Source: Escherichia coli
GTDB taxonomy: Bacteria; Pseudomonadota; Gammaproteobacteria; Enterobacterales; Enterobacteriaceae
Length of the DNA stretch: 64,000 nucleotides
Assembly: GCF_003018115.1 (NCBI RefSeq)
Contig: NZ_CP027457.1
Strand: one strand, 5' to 3'
The position numbers and the translations under genes are program-made. Under the pieces are notes generated by a model, which worked only from the letters and a program-made list of their open reading frames with translations, searched no databases and was not told the origin of the DNA. This document shows, piece after piece, positions 28,330-37,403 of this stretch (position 1 is the stretch's first letter; every line of letters starts with the position of its first letter).

Positions 28330-28845
28330 ATGGCATTACCACGCAAATTAAAACACCTGAACCTGTTTAACGACGGGAACAACTGGCAGGGGATCGTTGA
28401 GTCGCTGACGCTGCCGAAATTTACCCGCAAATATGAGAAGTATCGCGGCGGCGGAATGCCGGGTGCGGTGGATGTGGATCTGGGGCTTGATGACAGTGCG
28501 CTGGACACAGAATTTTCCATTGGTGGTACTGAATTGCTGCTGTTTAAACAGATGGGTAAAGCCACGGTGGATGGCATCCAGCTGCGCTTTACCGGCTCTA
28601 TTCAGCGTGACGATACCGGGGAAGTGCAGGCCGTGGAGCTTGTCGTGCGTGGACGTCACAAAGAAGTGGATTCCGGCGAGTGGAAGACGGGCGAAAGCAA
28701 CACCACCAAAGTGACCAGTACCAACAGCTACGCGAAGCTGACCATCAATGGTGAGGTGCTCTATGAAGTGGACCTTATCAACATGGTGGAAATTGTGGAC
28801 GGTGTGGACCTGATGGAAGCGCACCGCAACGCCCTCGGCCTCTGA
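28330..28845 (+). CDS. FII: tail tube protein (P2 gpFII-like)
   Basis: 171 aa; synteny. Confidence 0.85.
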   Translation: MALPRKLKHLNLFNDGNNWQGIVESLTLPKFTRKYEKYRGGGMPGAVDVDLGLDDSALDTEFSIGGTELLLFKQMGKATVDGIQLRFTGSIQRDDTGEVQAVELVVRGRHKEVDSGEWKTGESNTTKVTSTNSYAKLTINGEVLYEVDLINMVEIVDGVDLMEAHRNALGL

Positions 28846-28899
28846 TATATCTGAACGGCGCGGGATACCGCGCCAGAACCCAATTGACAGGACAGCAAA

Positions 28900-29202
28900 A
28901 TGAGCGATAAGCAGACTGAAAAGACCATTCAACTGGATACCCCCATCAAGCGCGGTAAAACAGAAATCACCGAAATTGTGCTGCGTAAACCGCAGTCCGG
29001 TGCGCTGCGCGGTACACGCCTGCAGGCCATTATGGATATGGATGTAAACGCGATGATGACCGTGATCCCCCGCATCTCCAGCCCGGCGCTGACTGCACAG
29101 GAAATTGCAGAGATGGACCCGGCAGATCTCACTGCCATGTCGGTTGAGGTTGTCACTTTTTTGTTGAAGAAGTCGGTGCTTGCCGGTTTACCGACAGCCT
29201 GA
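28900..29202 (+). CDS. E: tail assembly chaperone (P2 gpE-like)
   Basis: 100 aa, precedes tape measure gene. Confidence 0.75.
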   Translation: MSDKQTEKTIQLDTPIKRGKTEITEIVLRKPQSGALRGTRLQAIMDMDVNAMMTVIPRISSPALTAQEIAEMDPADLTAMSVEVVTFLLKKSVLAGLPTA

Positions 29203-29336
29203 CGGTTGACGATCTGGTGGCAGATATCGCCACCATTTTTCACTGGCCGCCATCCGTTACTGACGTTATGCCGCTGACCGAAGTGCTGGAATGGCGGTAT
29301 AAAGCGATTCAGAGAAGCGGGGCCAACGATGAGTGA
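29157..29336 (+). other. programmed -1 translational frameshift: slippery heptamer TTTTTTG (29157..29163) and E' extension ending at TGA 29334..29336
   Basis: T6G slip site near end of E; -1 frame is open for 59 codons and ends as T begins (G/GT-like tail chaperone arrangement). Confidence 0.65.
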
Positions 29337-32300
29337 TAACAACCTGCGTCTGCAGGTCATTCTTAATGCGGTTGACAAGCTCACCCGCCCATTTCGATCT
29401 GCGCAGGCCAGTTCAAGAGAACTGGCTGCTGCTGTCAAAAAATCCCGCGATGCAATAAAGCAGCTTGATCAGGCCGGGAGCAGTCTGGACAGCTTCCGAA
29501 AGCTGCAGGCAGAAAATCAGAAATTAGGCGACAGGCTGAACTATGCCCGCCAGCGTGCAAATTTGCTCAGTCAGGAACTGGGAGCGATGGGGCCGCCTTC
29601 GCAACGTAAGGTTGTTGCTCTGGGCCGTCAACGGCTGGCTGTTCAGCGCCTGGAAGAACGCCAGAAAAAGCTGCAGCAGCAGACGGCGCTTGTGCGTGCT
29701 GAACTGTACCGGGCGGGAATTTCTGCGAAAGACGATGCGGGAGCAACTGCCCGTTTAGCCCGTGAAACATCACGTTATAACCAGGAACTTTCGAAACAGG
29801 AGGCGCGGCTGAAGCGACTGGGGGAAGCTCAGCGCAGGATGAATGCAGCGCGTGCCAGTTATGCCCGTTCGCTGGAGGTGCGTGATCGTATTGCAGGTGC
29901 CGGAGCCACCACCACGGCTGCAGGGCTGGCAATGGGTGCGCCAGTGATGGCGGCAGTAAAAAGCTATACCAGCATGGAAGATGCCATGAAAGGTGTGGCA
30001 AAGCAGGTCAATGGTCTGCGTGACGATAATGGCAACCGCACTGCACGTTTTTATGAAATGCAGGATGCCATCAAGGCTGCCAGCGAACAGTTGCCGATGG
30101 AAAACGGTGCGGTGGACTTCGCTGCACTGGTTGAAGGTGGTGCGCGCATGAACGTCGCAAATCCTGACGACAGCTGGGAAGATCAGAAACGTGACCTGCT
30201 GGCCTTCGCCAGTACGACAGCAAAGGCGGCAACAGCCTTTGAGCTGCCAGCGGATGAACTGTCAGAAAGTCTGGGGAAAATCGCCCAGCTCTACAAAATC
30301 CCCACCCGCAATATTGAACAGCTCGGTGATGCGCTGAACTATCTGGATGATAACGCCATGTCGAAAGGGGCAGACATCATTGATGTGATGCAACGTCTGG
30401 GCGGTGTGGCTGACCGTCTGGATTATCGTAAAGCGGCGGCGCTGGGTTCCACCTTCCTGACACTGGGCGCTGCGCCAGAGGTTGCAGCCAGTGCAGCAAA
30501 CGCGATGGTGCGTGAATTGTCCATTGCCACCATGCAAAGCAAGAGTTTCTTTGAAGGGATGAATCTGCTGAAACTCAATCCTGAAGTGATTGAAAAGCAG
30601 ATGACGAAGGATGCGATGGGAACCATCCAGCGCGTGCTGGAGAAGGTAAACGCGCTGCCGCAGGACAAGCGCCTGTCTGCCATGACTATGTTGTTTGGTA
30701 AAGAGTTTGGCGATGACGCGGCGAAACTGGCAAACAACCTGCCGGAACTGCAGCGTCAGTTAAAATTGACAGCGGGCAATGATGCGCTTGGCTCCATGCA
30801 GAAAGAATCCGACATTAACAAGGATTCACTTTCTGCGCAGTGGTTGCTGGTCAAAACCGGAGCGCAGAACACCTTCAGCAGCCTGGGCGAAACGCTGCGC
30901 CAGCCGCTGATGGATATTCTGTACACGGTGAAAAGCGTCACGGGGGCGTTGCGTCGCTGGGTGGAAGCTAACCCGGAACTGACAGGCACACTGATGAAAG
31001 CATCGGCTGTTGTGGCTGCGGTTACCGTCGGCCTCGGCACCTTAGCGGTGGCGCTGGCTGCAGTGCTGGGGCCGCTGGCAGTGATCCGTCTGGGATTCTC
31101 TGTGTTGGGTATCAAAACGTTATCTTCCGTTACGGCAGCAGTAACTCGAACCAGCAGCGCGTTGTCCTGGCTGGCTGGCGCACCACTGGCACTGCTGCGA
31201 CGCGGGCTTGCTTCATCGGGCAACGCCGCAGGTTTACTTACTGCGCCGTTGTCGTCTTTGCGCCGCACGGCATCACTGACGGGAAATGTCCTGAAAACTG
31301 TAGCAGGTGCGCCGGTTGCACTTTTGCGGTCTGGATTATCCGGTTTACGTGCGGTTGCTGTGATGTTTATGAATCCACTGGCAGCACTACGCGGCGGGCT
31401 GGCTGCCGCAGGCACGGTGCTGCGAGTACTGGCATCTGGTCCGCTGGCGATGCTGCGCGTTGCCCTGTATGCCGTATCTGGTCTGTTAGGTGCTCTGCTC
31501 AGTCCGATAGGTCTTGTGGTTACTGCACTGGCGGGTGTGGCACTGGTTGTCTGGAAATACTGGCAACCCATCACCGCATTTCTCGGTGGCGTGGTGGAAG
31601 GATTCAAAGCGGCGGCAGGTCCCATCAGTGCAGCGTTCGAACCGCTTAAGCCTGTGTTCCAGTGGATTGGTGACAAAGTGCAGGCGCTGTGGGGCTGGTT
31701 TACTGATCTGCTGACGCCCGTTAAGTCGACTTCTGCCGAACTGCAGAGCGCAGCGGCAATGGGGCGACGATTCGGGGAGGCACTGGCGGAAGGGCTGAAT
31801 ATGGTTATGCATCCGCTGGACTCCCTGAAATCTGGCGTTTCCTGGTTGCTGGATAAACTCGGCATTGTCAGTAAAGAGGCTGCAAAGGCGAAACTGCCGG
31901 AAAGCGTGACGCGTCAGCAACCTGCGACGGTGAATGCAGACGGTAAAGTGATGATGCCATCGGGTGGTTTTCCGTCATGGGGATATGGCTTTGCGGGGAT
32001 GTATGACAGCGGCGGCTATATCCCGCGCGGGCAGTTTGGCATCGTCGGTGAAAACGGGCCGGAAATTGTTAACGGCCCGGCAAATGTGACCAGCCGGAGA
32101 AATACAGCTGCACTGGCTGCCGTTGTTGCCGGAATGATGGGCGTTGCTGCCGCGCCTGCAGAGCTTCCACCGTTGCACCCTTTGGCACTTCCCGCGAAAG
32201 GCGGCGAAGCGATGGTGAGTCGTGCAGCCACTGTGCCGCCCGTTCAACGGATTGAGGCACCGATGCAGATCATCATTCAGACGCAGCCAGGACAAAGTGC

Positions 32301-32406
32301 GCAGGATATTGCGCGGGAGGTGGCCCGCCAGCTTGATGAACGTGAACGCAGGCTGAAGGCAAAAGCCAGGAGTAACTACAGCGATCAGGGGGGATACGAC
32401 GCATGA
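29329..32406 (+). CDS. T: tail tape measure protein (P2 gpT-like)
   Basis: 1025 aa, Ala/Leu-rich repeats, C-terminal region. Confidence 0.85.
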   Translation: MSDNNLRLQVILNAVDKLTRPFRSAQASSRELAAAVKKSRDAIKQLDQAGSSLDSFRKLQAENQKLGDRLNYARQRANLLSQELGAMGPPSQRKVVALGRQRLAVQRLEERQKKLQQQTALVRAELYRAGISAKDDAGATARLARETSRYNQELSKQEARLKRLGEAQRRMNAARASYARSLEVRDRIAGAGATTTAAGLAMGAPVMAAVKSYTSMEDAMKGVAKQVNGLRDDNGNRTARFYEMQDAIKAASEQLPMENGAVDFAALVEGGARMNVANPDDSWEDQKRDLLAFASTTAKAATAFELPADELSESLGKIAQLYKIPTRNIEQLGDALNYLDDNAMSKGADIIDVMQRLGGVADRLDYRKAAALGSTFLTLGAAPEVAASAANAMVRELSIATMQSKSFFEGMNLLKLNPEVIEKQMTKDAMGTIQRVLEKVNALPQDKRLSAMTMLFGKEFGDDAAKLANNLPELQRQLKLTAGNDALGSMQKESDINKDSLSAQWLLVKTGAQNTFSSLGETLRQPLMDILYTVKSVTGALRRWVEANPELTGTLMKASAVVAAVTVGLGTLAVALAAVLGPLAVIRLGFSVLGIKTLSSVTAAVTRTSSALSWLAGAPLALLRRGLASSGNAAGLLTAPLSSLRRTASLTGNVLKTVAGAPVALLRSGLSGLRAVAVMFMNPLAALRGGLAAAGTVLRVLASGPLAMLRVALYAVSGLLGALLSPIGLVVTALAGVALVVWKYWQPITAFLGGVVEGFKAAAGPISAAFEPLKPVFQWIGDKVQALWGWFTDLLTPVKSTSAELQSAAAMGRRFGEALAEGLNMVMHPLDSLKSGVSWLLDKLGIVSKEAAKAKLPESVTRQQPATVNADGKVMMPSGGFPSWGYGFAGMYDSGGYIPRGQFGIVGENGPEIVNGPANVTSRRNTAALAAVVAGMMGVAAAPAELPPLHPLALPAKGGEAMVSRAATVPPVQRIEAPMQIIIQTQPGQSAQDIAREVARQLDERERRLKAKARSNYSDQGGYDA

Positions 32407-32888
32407 TGATGGTGCTGGGATTGTACGTGTTTATGCTGCGCACCGTGCCGTATCAGGAGCTGCAGTATCAACGCAGCTGGCGACATGCGGCAAACAGCCG
32501 GGTAAACCGACGTCCGTCCACGCAGTTTCTGGGACCGGACAACGACATGCTGACGCTTTCCGGTGTTCTTATGCCGGAGATAACAGGCGGCAGGCTGTCG
32601 TTGCTGGCACTGGAGCAGATGGCAGAACAGGGGAAAGCATGGCCCCTGATTGAAGGCAGCGGCACGATTTACGGCATGTATGTGATTGAGGGACTGAATC
32701 AGACTAAAACGGAGTTTTTCCGCGACGGTATGCCGCGCCGGATTGAGTTCACCCTGTCGCTCAAACGAGTGGATGAATCCCTGTCCGATATGTTCGGTGA
32801 TCTCAGTGCGCAACTGAATAATCTGCAGGACACGGCAACGTCTGCCTTAAGCGATATCAGTAAAACGGTGGGAGGGCTGCTGTCGTGA
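32403..32888 (+). CDS. U: tail protein (P2 gpU-like)
   Basis: 161 aa; synteny. Confidence 0.8.
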   Translation: MMMVLGLYVFMLRTVPYQELQYQRSWRHAANSRVNRRPSTQFLGPDNDMLTLSGVLMPEITGGRLSLLALEQMAEQGKAWPLIEGSGTIYGMYVIEGLNQTKTEFFRDGMPRRIEFTLSLKRVDESLSDMFGDLSAQLNNLQDTATSALSDISKTVGGLLS

Positions 32889-33985
32889 ATTTCAGCTCTG
32901 AACTGCTTAACAAAGGCAACAAAACTCCCGCATTCAGCATCAGCATTGAGGGCAGGGATATCACCACTGTGCTGGATAACCGCCTGATGAGTTTGACGCT
33001 GACGGATAACCGGGGCTTTGAAGCGGACCAGCTTGATCTGGAGTTGGATGACGCTGACGGAAAAATCGTGCTGCCGCGCCGTGGTGCGGTCATTACGCTG
33101 GCGCTGGGCTGGAAGGGGCAGCCGCTTTTCCCGAAAGGGGCATTCACAGTGGACGAGATTGAACACACTGGCGCACCGGACCGCCTGACTATCCGGGCGC
33201 GAAGTGCTGATTTTCGGGAAACGCTGAATACCCGCCGTGAAAAATCGTGGCATAAGACCACCGTCGGGGAAGTGGTGAAGGAAATAGCCGCGCGGCACAA
33301 GCTGAAGATGGCACTGGGTAAAGACCTGTCGGATAAACCCGTGGAGCATATAGACCAGACTAATGAGAGTGACGGCAGTTTTCTGATGCGGCTGGCGCGA
33401 CAGTACGGTGCCATCGCGTCGGTGAAAAATGGCAATCTGTTATTCATCCGGCAGGGGCAGGGCAAAAGCGCCACTGGTAAACCTCTGCCAGTGATCACTA
33501 TCACACGCAAGGACGGCGACAGTCACCGATTTACCCTGGCAGATCGCGGAGCCTACACGGGCGTAATTGCCAGCTGGTTACATACCCGCGAACCTGCGAA
33601 GAAAGAAAGCACCACGGTGAAGCGTAAGCGCAGAACTAAGAAGCAGAAGAAAGAGCCAGAAGCGAAGCAGGGCGATTACCTGGTGGGTACGGATGAAAAC
33701 GTGCTGGTACTTAATCGCACTTATGCCAACCGGAGCAACGCCGAACGAGCGGCGAAAATGCAGTGGGAACGCCTGCAACGCGGCGTTGCGTCATTTTCGC
33801 TACAACTGGCAGAAGGGCGGGCAGATCTCTACACGGAAATGCCTGTGAAGGTCAGCGGTTTTAAACAGCCGATAGATAATGCGGAATGGACCATTACGAC
33901 TCTGACACATACCGTCAGCCCGGATAACGGTTTTACAACCAGTATTGAACTCGAAGTGAAGATTGATGATCTTGAAATGGAATAA
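32885..33985 (+). CDS. D: tail protein / late gene D (P2 gpD-like)
   Basis: 366 aa; synteny; GTG start. Confidence 0.8.
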   Translation: MNFSSELLNKGNKTPAFSISIEGRDITTVLDNRLMSLTLTDNRGFEADQLDLELDDADGKIVLPRRGAVITLALGWKGQPLFPKGAFTVDEIEHTGAPDRLTIRARSADFRETLNTRREKSWHKTTVGEVVKEIAARHKLKMALGKDLSDKPVEHIDQTNESDGSFLMRLARQYGAIASVKNGNLLFIRQGQGKSATGKPLPVITITRKDGDSHRFTLADRGAYTGVIASWLHTREPAKKESTTVKRKRRTKKQKKEPEAKQGDYLVGTDENVLVLNRTYANRSNAERAAKMQWERLQRGVASFSLQLAEGRADLYTEMPVKVSGFKQPIDNAEWTITTLTHTVSPDNGFTTSIELEVKIDDLEME

Positions 33986-34053
33986 AGTGTTCTCAATATT
34001 GATATTTTGTGTATCATTACAATGATTCTGATAGCAAAGGTAGGGATCTGGAT

Positions 34054-34272
34054 ATGATGAATTGTCCAAAGTGTGGTCATGCGGCACACACAAGGAGCAG
34101 TTTTCAAGTAACTGAAAGCACCAAAGAGCGTTACTGCCAGTGCCAAAATATTAACTGCGGGAGCACTTTTGTTACTCATGAAACAGTGGTCCGGTTTATT
34201 GTGACACCCGCACTGATTGCTACTGCTCCTCCACATCCATTGCCAGGTGGTCAGGGGCATATGAATTTTTGA
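34054..34272 (+). CDS. ogr: Ogr/Delta-family zinc-finger late transcription activator
   Basis: MMNCPKCGHAAHTRSS...ERYCQCQNINCGSTF...HPLPGG closely parallels P2 Ogr (CPLCQHAAH...YHQCQNVNCSATF...HPLPSG). Confidence 0.85.
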   Translation: MMNCPKCGHAAHTRSSFQVTESTKERYCQCQNINCGSTFVTHETVVRFIVTPALIATAPPHPLPGGQGHMNF

Positions 34273-34279
34273 GAAAGAG

Positions 34280-34300
34280 AACCTGCTACGGCAGGTTTTT
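34280..34300. terminator. bidirectional Rho-independent terminator
   Basis: AACCTGC-tacg-GCAGGTT followed by TTTT; serves ogr (+) and the convergent WYL-BRCT gene (-). Confidence 0.65.
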
Positions 34301-34781
34301 ATTCATCTGGGATCTCACCCGTTTCAAGAAAATGTATAAAGCCAGGCTCATCTATGATGATTGTGCCTTTCATCCTGGCTGCCGATACTTTTGATGGGCC
34401 TGCATTGTAACCGCAACAGAGCATCTGAAGGCTTTGGGTTACAGAGGTTCTTACCGTTAATCCTTGTTCATTCGCCTTATCAACCAATCTTTCTTTATCT
34501 GCTTTCTTAAATCCGGTGAAACACACATCGAATGTATTTTTTTTCGGACCAGACTGCTTAGTGAGATGTGAGTAGCTTTCGGGGAGGAATGACGCGCATT
34601 CCTGAATGGCTTGTTCTGGTGAATCGTACTGTTTAAGAATGCGGTCTTTTCGGAAGGTTTTTATTCGATCGGTGTTCTTACAAATGCCCTGTATATGATT
34701 TTCGCTATAACTGATGCTCTGTATAGAGTGAACACCGATACGACCATTTGCATTGATGTAAACAAAGTGAAGTTCTTCCAT
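34299..34781 (-). CDS. small WYL-domain plus BRCT-domain protein, cargo between ogr and attR
   Basis: 160 aa; N-terminal FVYINANGRIGVHSI...GICKNTDRIKTFRKDRI (WYL-like, ends in the FRxDRI signature); C-terminal DVCFTGFKKADKERLVDKANEQGLTVRTSVTQSLQMLCCGYNAGPSKVSAARMKGTIIIDEPGF (BRCT-like); RBS AGAGG before ATG at 34779-34781. Confidence 0.6.
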   Translation of the reverse strand: MEELHFVYINANGRIGVHSIQSISYSENHIQGICKNTDRIKTFRKDRILKQYDSPEQAIQECASFLPESYSHLTKQSGPKKNTFDVCFTGFKKADKERLVDKANEQGLTVRTSVTQSLQMLCCGYNAGPSKVSAARMKGTIIIDEPGFIHFLETGEIPDE

Positions 34782-34807
34782 GTGAAACCTCTTTGCATGA
34801 TCTCAAG

Positions 34808-34846
34808 ATGGCGACAGGCAAGATGGACGCAAAAGTCTGTCGCCAT
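34808..34846. repeat. inverted pair of the CTGTCGCCAT motif (ATGGCGACAG ... CTGTCGCCAT), candidate P-arm integrase binding sites / hairpin
   Basis: Perfect 10-bp inverted repeat with 19-nt spacer, 60-100 bp from attR core; same motif as 801..821. Confidence 0.4.
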
Positions 34847-34904
34847 TTTGCCGCCACTACCAAAGAAAAAGGGGCTACGCTTTCACGTAACCCCTTGATT
34901 TATT

Positions 34905-35267
34905 TGGTGGAGCTGGCGGGAGTTGAACCCGCGTCCGAAATTCCTACATCCTCGGTACTACATGCTTAGTCAGTCTTTACATTCGCTTGCCAGCTGCGGA
35001 CGGACACGCCACTAACAAACTAGCCTGATTAAGTTTTAACGCTTCAACCCCTGGCAGGGCTTCCACGCGATCTCTTTTGGGTTTGACCTCTCTTGATCCC
35101 CGTCCTAAGAGCGGAGGCTAGGGAGAGAGGGCTCTAAGCAGGTTATTAAGCTGCTAAAGCGTAGTTTTCGTCGTTTGCGACTATTTTTTGCGGCTTTTTA
35201 CGAGGCCAACCGCCCCTCGGCATGCACCTTGGGTTTCGCAAATCCCGTCGAATCCAGAATCAGCCCC
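34905..35267 (-). ncRNA. ssrA: tmRNA (SsrA), complete; 3' 45 nt form attR
   Basis: Reverse complement matches the E. coli tmRNA from GGGGCTGATTCTGGATTCGACGGG to ...GGTTCAACTCCCGCCAGCTCCACCA, including the tag-encoding region. Confidence 0.95.
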
Positions 35268-35481
35268 AATGTGTAAAGGTAAGTATACCAGATTTATGAG
35301 CGCCATGACCAGCCTCAATGGCGTTATCGTTAAAGATTTAGCACCCATGTAGCCTGATTTTTATTCGATTAAGCAATGGGATGGCAACATTTGTGTCGGA
35401 TGTGATAGCCAATAAGATGTTCATTCGCGCCGCCGGAGAGGGAGGCGCGGTGAGGAACTGGTCAATAATTGGAGTGCAGGT

Positions 35482-35964
35482 TTAACGGTGGGCGTTTTTC
35501 ATGATACGCGCTTTATCCACCTGCCATTCGCGCTCTTTGATATCTGAACGTTTATCGTGCTGTTTCTTACCTTTGGCGACGCCGATTTTCACTTTGCACC
35601 AGGCATTTTTCCAGTACAGGGAGAGCGCCACTACGGTATAGCCTTCTCGATTGACGCGACCGTACAATGAGTCCAGTTCGCGCTGGTTGAGAAGTAACTT
35701 GCGGGTACGGGTAGGGTCGCACACCACATGCGTGGAGGCCACGGCCATTGGCGTGATGTTAGCGCCAAACAGAAATGCCTCTCCGTCACGCAGAAGGACG
35801 TAGCTGTCGCTGATATTGGCTTTTCCTGCGCGCAGGGATTTAACTTCCCAGCCTTGCAGGGCAAGTCCCGCTTCGAACTCTTCTTCGATAAAGTATTCGT
35901 GACGGGCGCGCTTGTTAAGCGCGATGGTCGCTGAACCAGGTTTATGTGCTTTTTTCTTCGTCAT
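35482..35964 (-). CDS. smpB: SsrA-binding protein SmpB
   Basis: 160 aa, directly upstream of ssrA on same strand; sequence as E. coli SmpB. Confidence 0.95.
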
Positions 35965-36095
35965 AAGCGTCGTGAATCATCGGTAATCTGAAATCGAAAA
36001 CACCCCATATCAATCCTGCGGGGGACAAGGCTCTATCTTAGCATGAACCCGATGTTACCCAGCGCCGGGATAGCGTTTTTTTTACAGCAGGATAA

Positions 36096-36572
36096 ATGAT
36101 ATTATTTGTTGGATTTTTGTTGATGGAAATTGTTATGCCTCAGATTAGCCGGACCGCACTGGTACCCTACAGCGCGGAGCAAATGTATCAGTTAGTGAAT
36201 GACGTTCAGTCTTATCCTCAGTTTTTGCCGGGTTGTACCGGAAGTCGGATTCTGGAGTCCACTCCTGGGCAGATGACTGCGGCGGTAGATGTCTCTAAGG
36301 CTGGGATCAGCAAAACGTTTACTACCCGCAACCAGTTGACCAGTAACCAAAGTATTCTTATGAATCTGGTGGATGGGCCATTCAAGAAATTGATTGGTGG
36401 ATGGAAGTTTACGCCGCTGAGCCAGGAGGCGTGTCGTATCGAGTTTCATCTCGACTTTGAGTTTACCAATAAGTTGATTGAGCTCGCCTTTGGTCGCGTG
36501 TTTAAAGAGCTGGCGTCTAATATGGTCCAGGCTTTTACGGTTCGTGCGAAAGAGGTTTACAGTGCCAGGTAA
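36096..36572 (+). CDS. ratA: ribosome association toxin RatA (PasT, SRPBCC fold)
   Basis: 158 aa; K-12 synteny beside smpB. Confidence 0.85.
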   Translation: MILFVGFLLMEIVMPQISRTALVPYSAEQMYQLVNDVQSYPQFLPGCTGSRILESTPGQMTAAVDVSKAGISKTFTTRNQLTSNQSILMNLVDGPFKKLIGGWKFTPLSQEACRIEFHLDFEFTNKLIELAFGRVFKELASNMVQAFTVRAKEVYSAR

Positions 36573-36852
36573 AATTGCCGTTGAGGTGGCTTATGCGCTA
36601 CCTGAGAAGCAGTACCTGCAGCGAGTGACGCTGCAGAAGGGCGCGACGGTTGAAGAAGCTATTCGCGCCAGTGGCTTGCTGGAATTGCGTACCGATATCG
36701 ATTTAACTAAAAACAAAGTCGGCATTTACAGCCGTCCGGCAAAACTAAGCGATAGTGTGCATGATGGCGATCGGGTGGAGATTTATCGCCCTCTCATTGC
36801 CGATCCGAAAGAGCTTCGCAGGCAACGAGCAGAAAAATCAGCGAATAAATAA
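36562..36852 (+). CDS. ratB: RatB (YfjF) protein
   Basis: GTG start overlapping ratA stop; 96 aa. Confidence 0.75.
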   Translation: MPGKIAVEVAYALPEKQYLQRVTLQKGATVEEAIRASGLLELRTDIDLTKNKVGIYSRPAKLSDSVHDGDRVEIYRPLIADPKELRRQRAEKSANK

Positions 36853-36865
36853 CAGACAGAAAAAA

Positions 36866-36888
36866 GGTGCTCATTGAGCACCTTTTTT
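36866..36888. terminator. bidirectional terminator between ratB and bamE
   Basis: GGTGCTC-att-GAGCACC followed by TTTTTT. Confidence 0.6.
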
Positions 36889-36913
36889 AACGTCTTTGAG
36901 AGCAACTTTATTA

Positions 36914-37255
36914 TTAGTTACCACTCAGCGCAGGTTTGTTATCAATATTGGTCAACACACCGCTACTGTTAAAGGTCAGCGTCAGCGTTTGCTGCGTTAC
37001 ACCTTCATGACCTGGTTGCTGGCGGAAGACATAGAACCAGGTATTCGTACCAAATGGATCGGACATCAGCGGTGTACCCAATGCGTACGCAACTTGTTGT
37101 TGCGTCATGCCAACACGTATTTTGGATACGTCGTTAGCGGTCAGATAGTTCCCCTGGTTGATGTCAGGACGGTAAACCACTCGCTCCAGAGTGGAACAGC
37201 CTGCGGTCAACATCAATAGTACTGCTGCTGCAGCAGTCAGCGTTTTACAGCGCAT
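36914..37255 (-). CDS. bamE: outer membrane protein assembly factor BamE (SmpA) lipoprotein
   Basis: 113 aa with lipobox LTAGC. Confidence 0.9.
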
Positions 37256-37403
37256 AGTGATTTGATTCCTTTTCGGGCCCGAGCAGTACGTGGCTCATCT
37301 GTAATATGCCGATGATAATAGACCTTTCATCACTTTAAAACCTTTTGCTTTCCGGTCTTACGGCGTTTTGCTGTTTACTCTGACCGTGAAGCAGGAAAAA
37401 AGT

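Larger units (their letters stand above)
663..34949. mobile_element. P2/186-family prophage integrated in the 3' end of ssrA (tmRNA)
   Basis: Bounded by direct repeats of the ssrA 3' end; contains integrase, 186-type CI/Apl/CII, replication protein A, and the complete P2-like Q-P-O-N-M-L, lysis, baseplate, fibre, sheath/tube, tape-measure, D and ogr gene order. Confidence 0.9.

Noticed and set aside
29567-31865. Several long antisense ORFs (29567..30001, 30756..31865, 31486..31920) inside the tape measure gene
   Set aside because: Antisense to a well-supported 1025-aa tape measure gene; Ser/Ala/Pro-rich low-complexity translations typical of GC-rich antisense frames.
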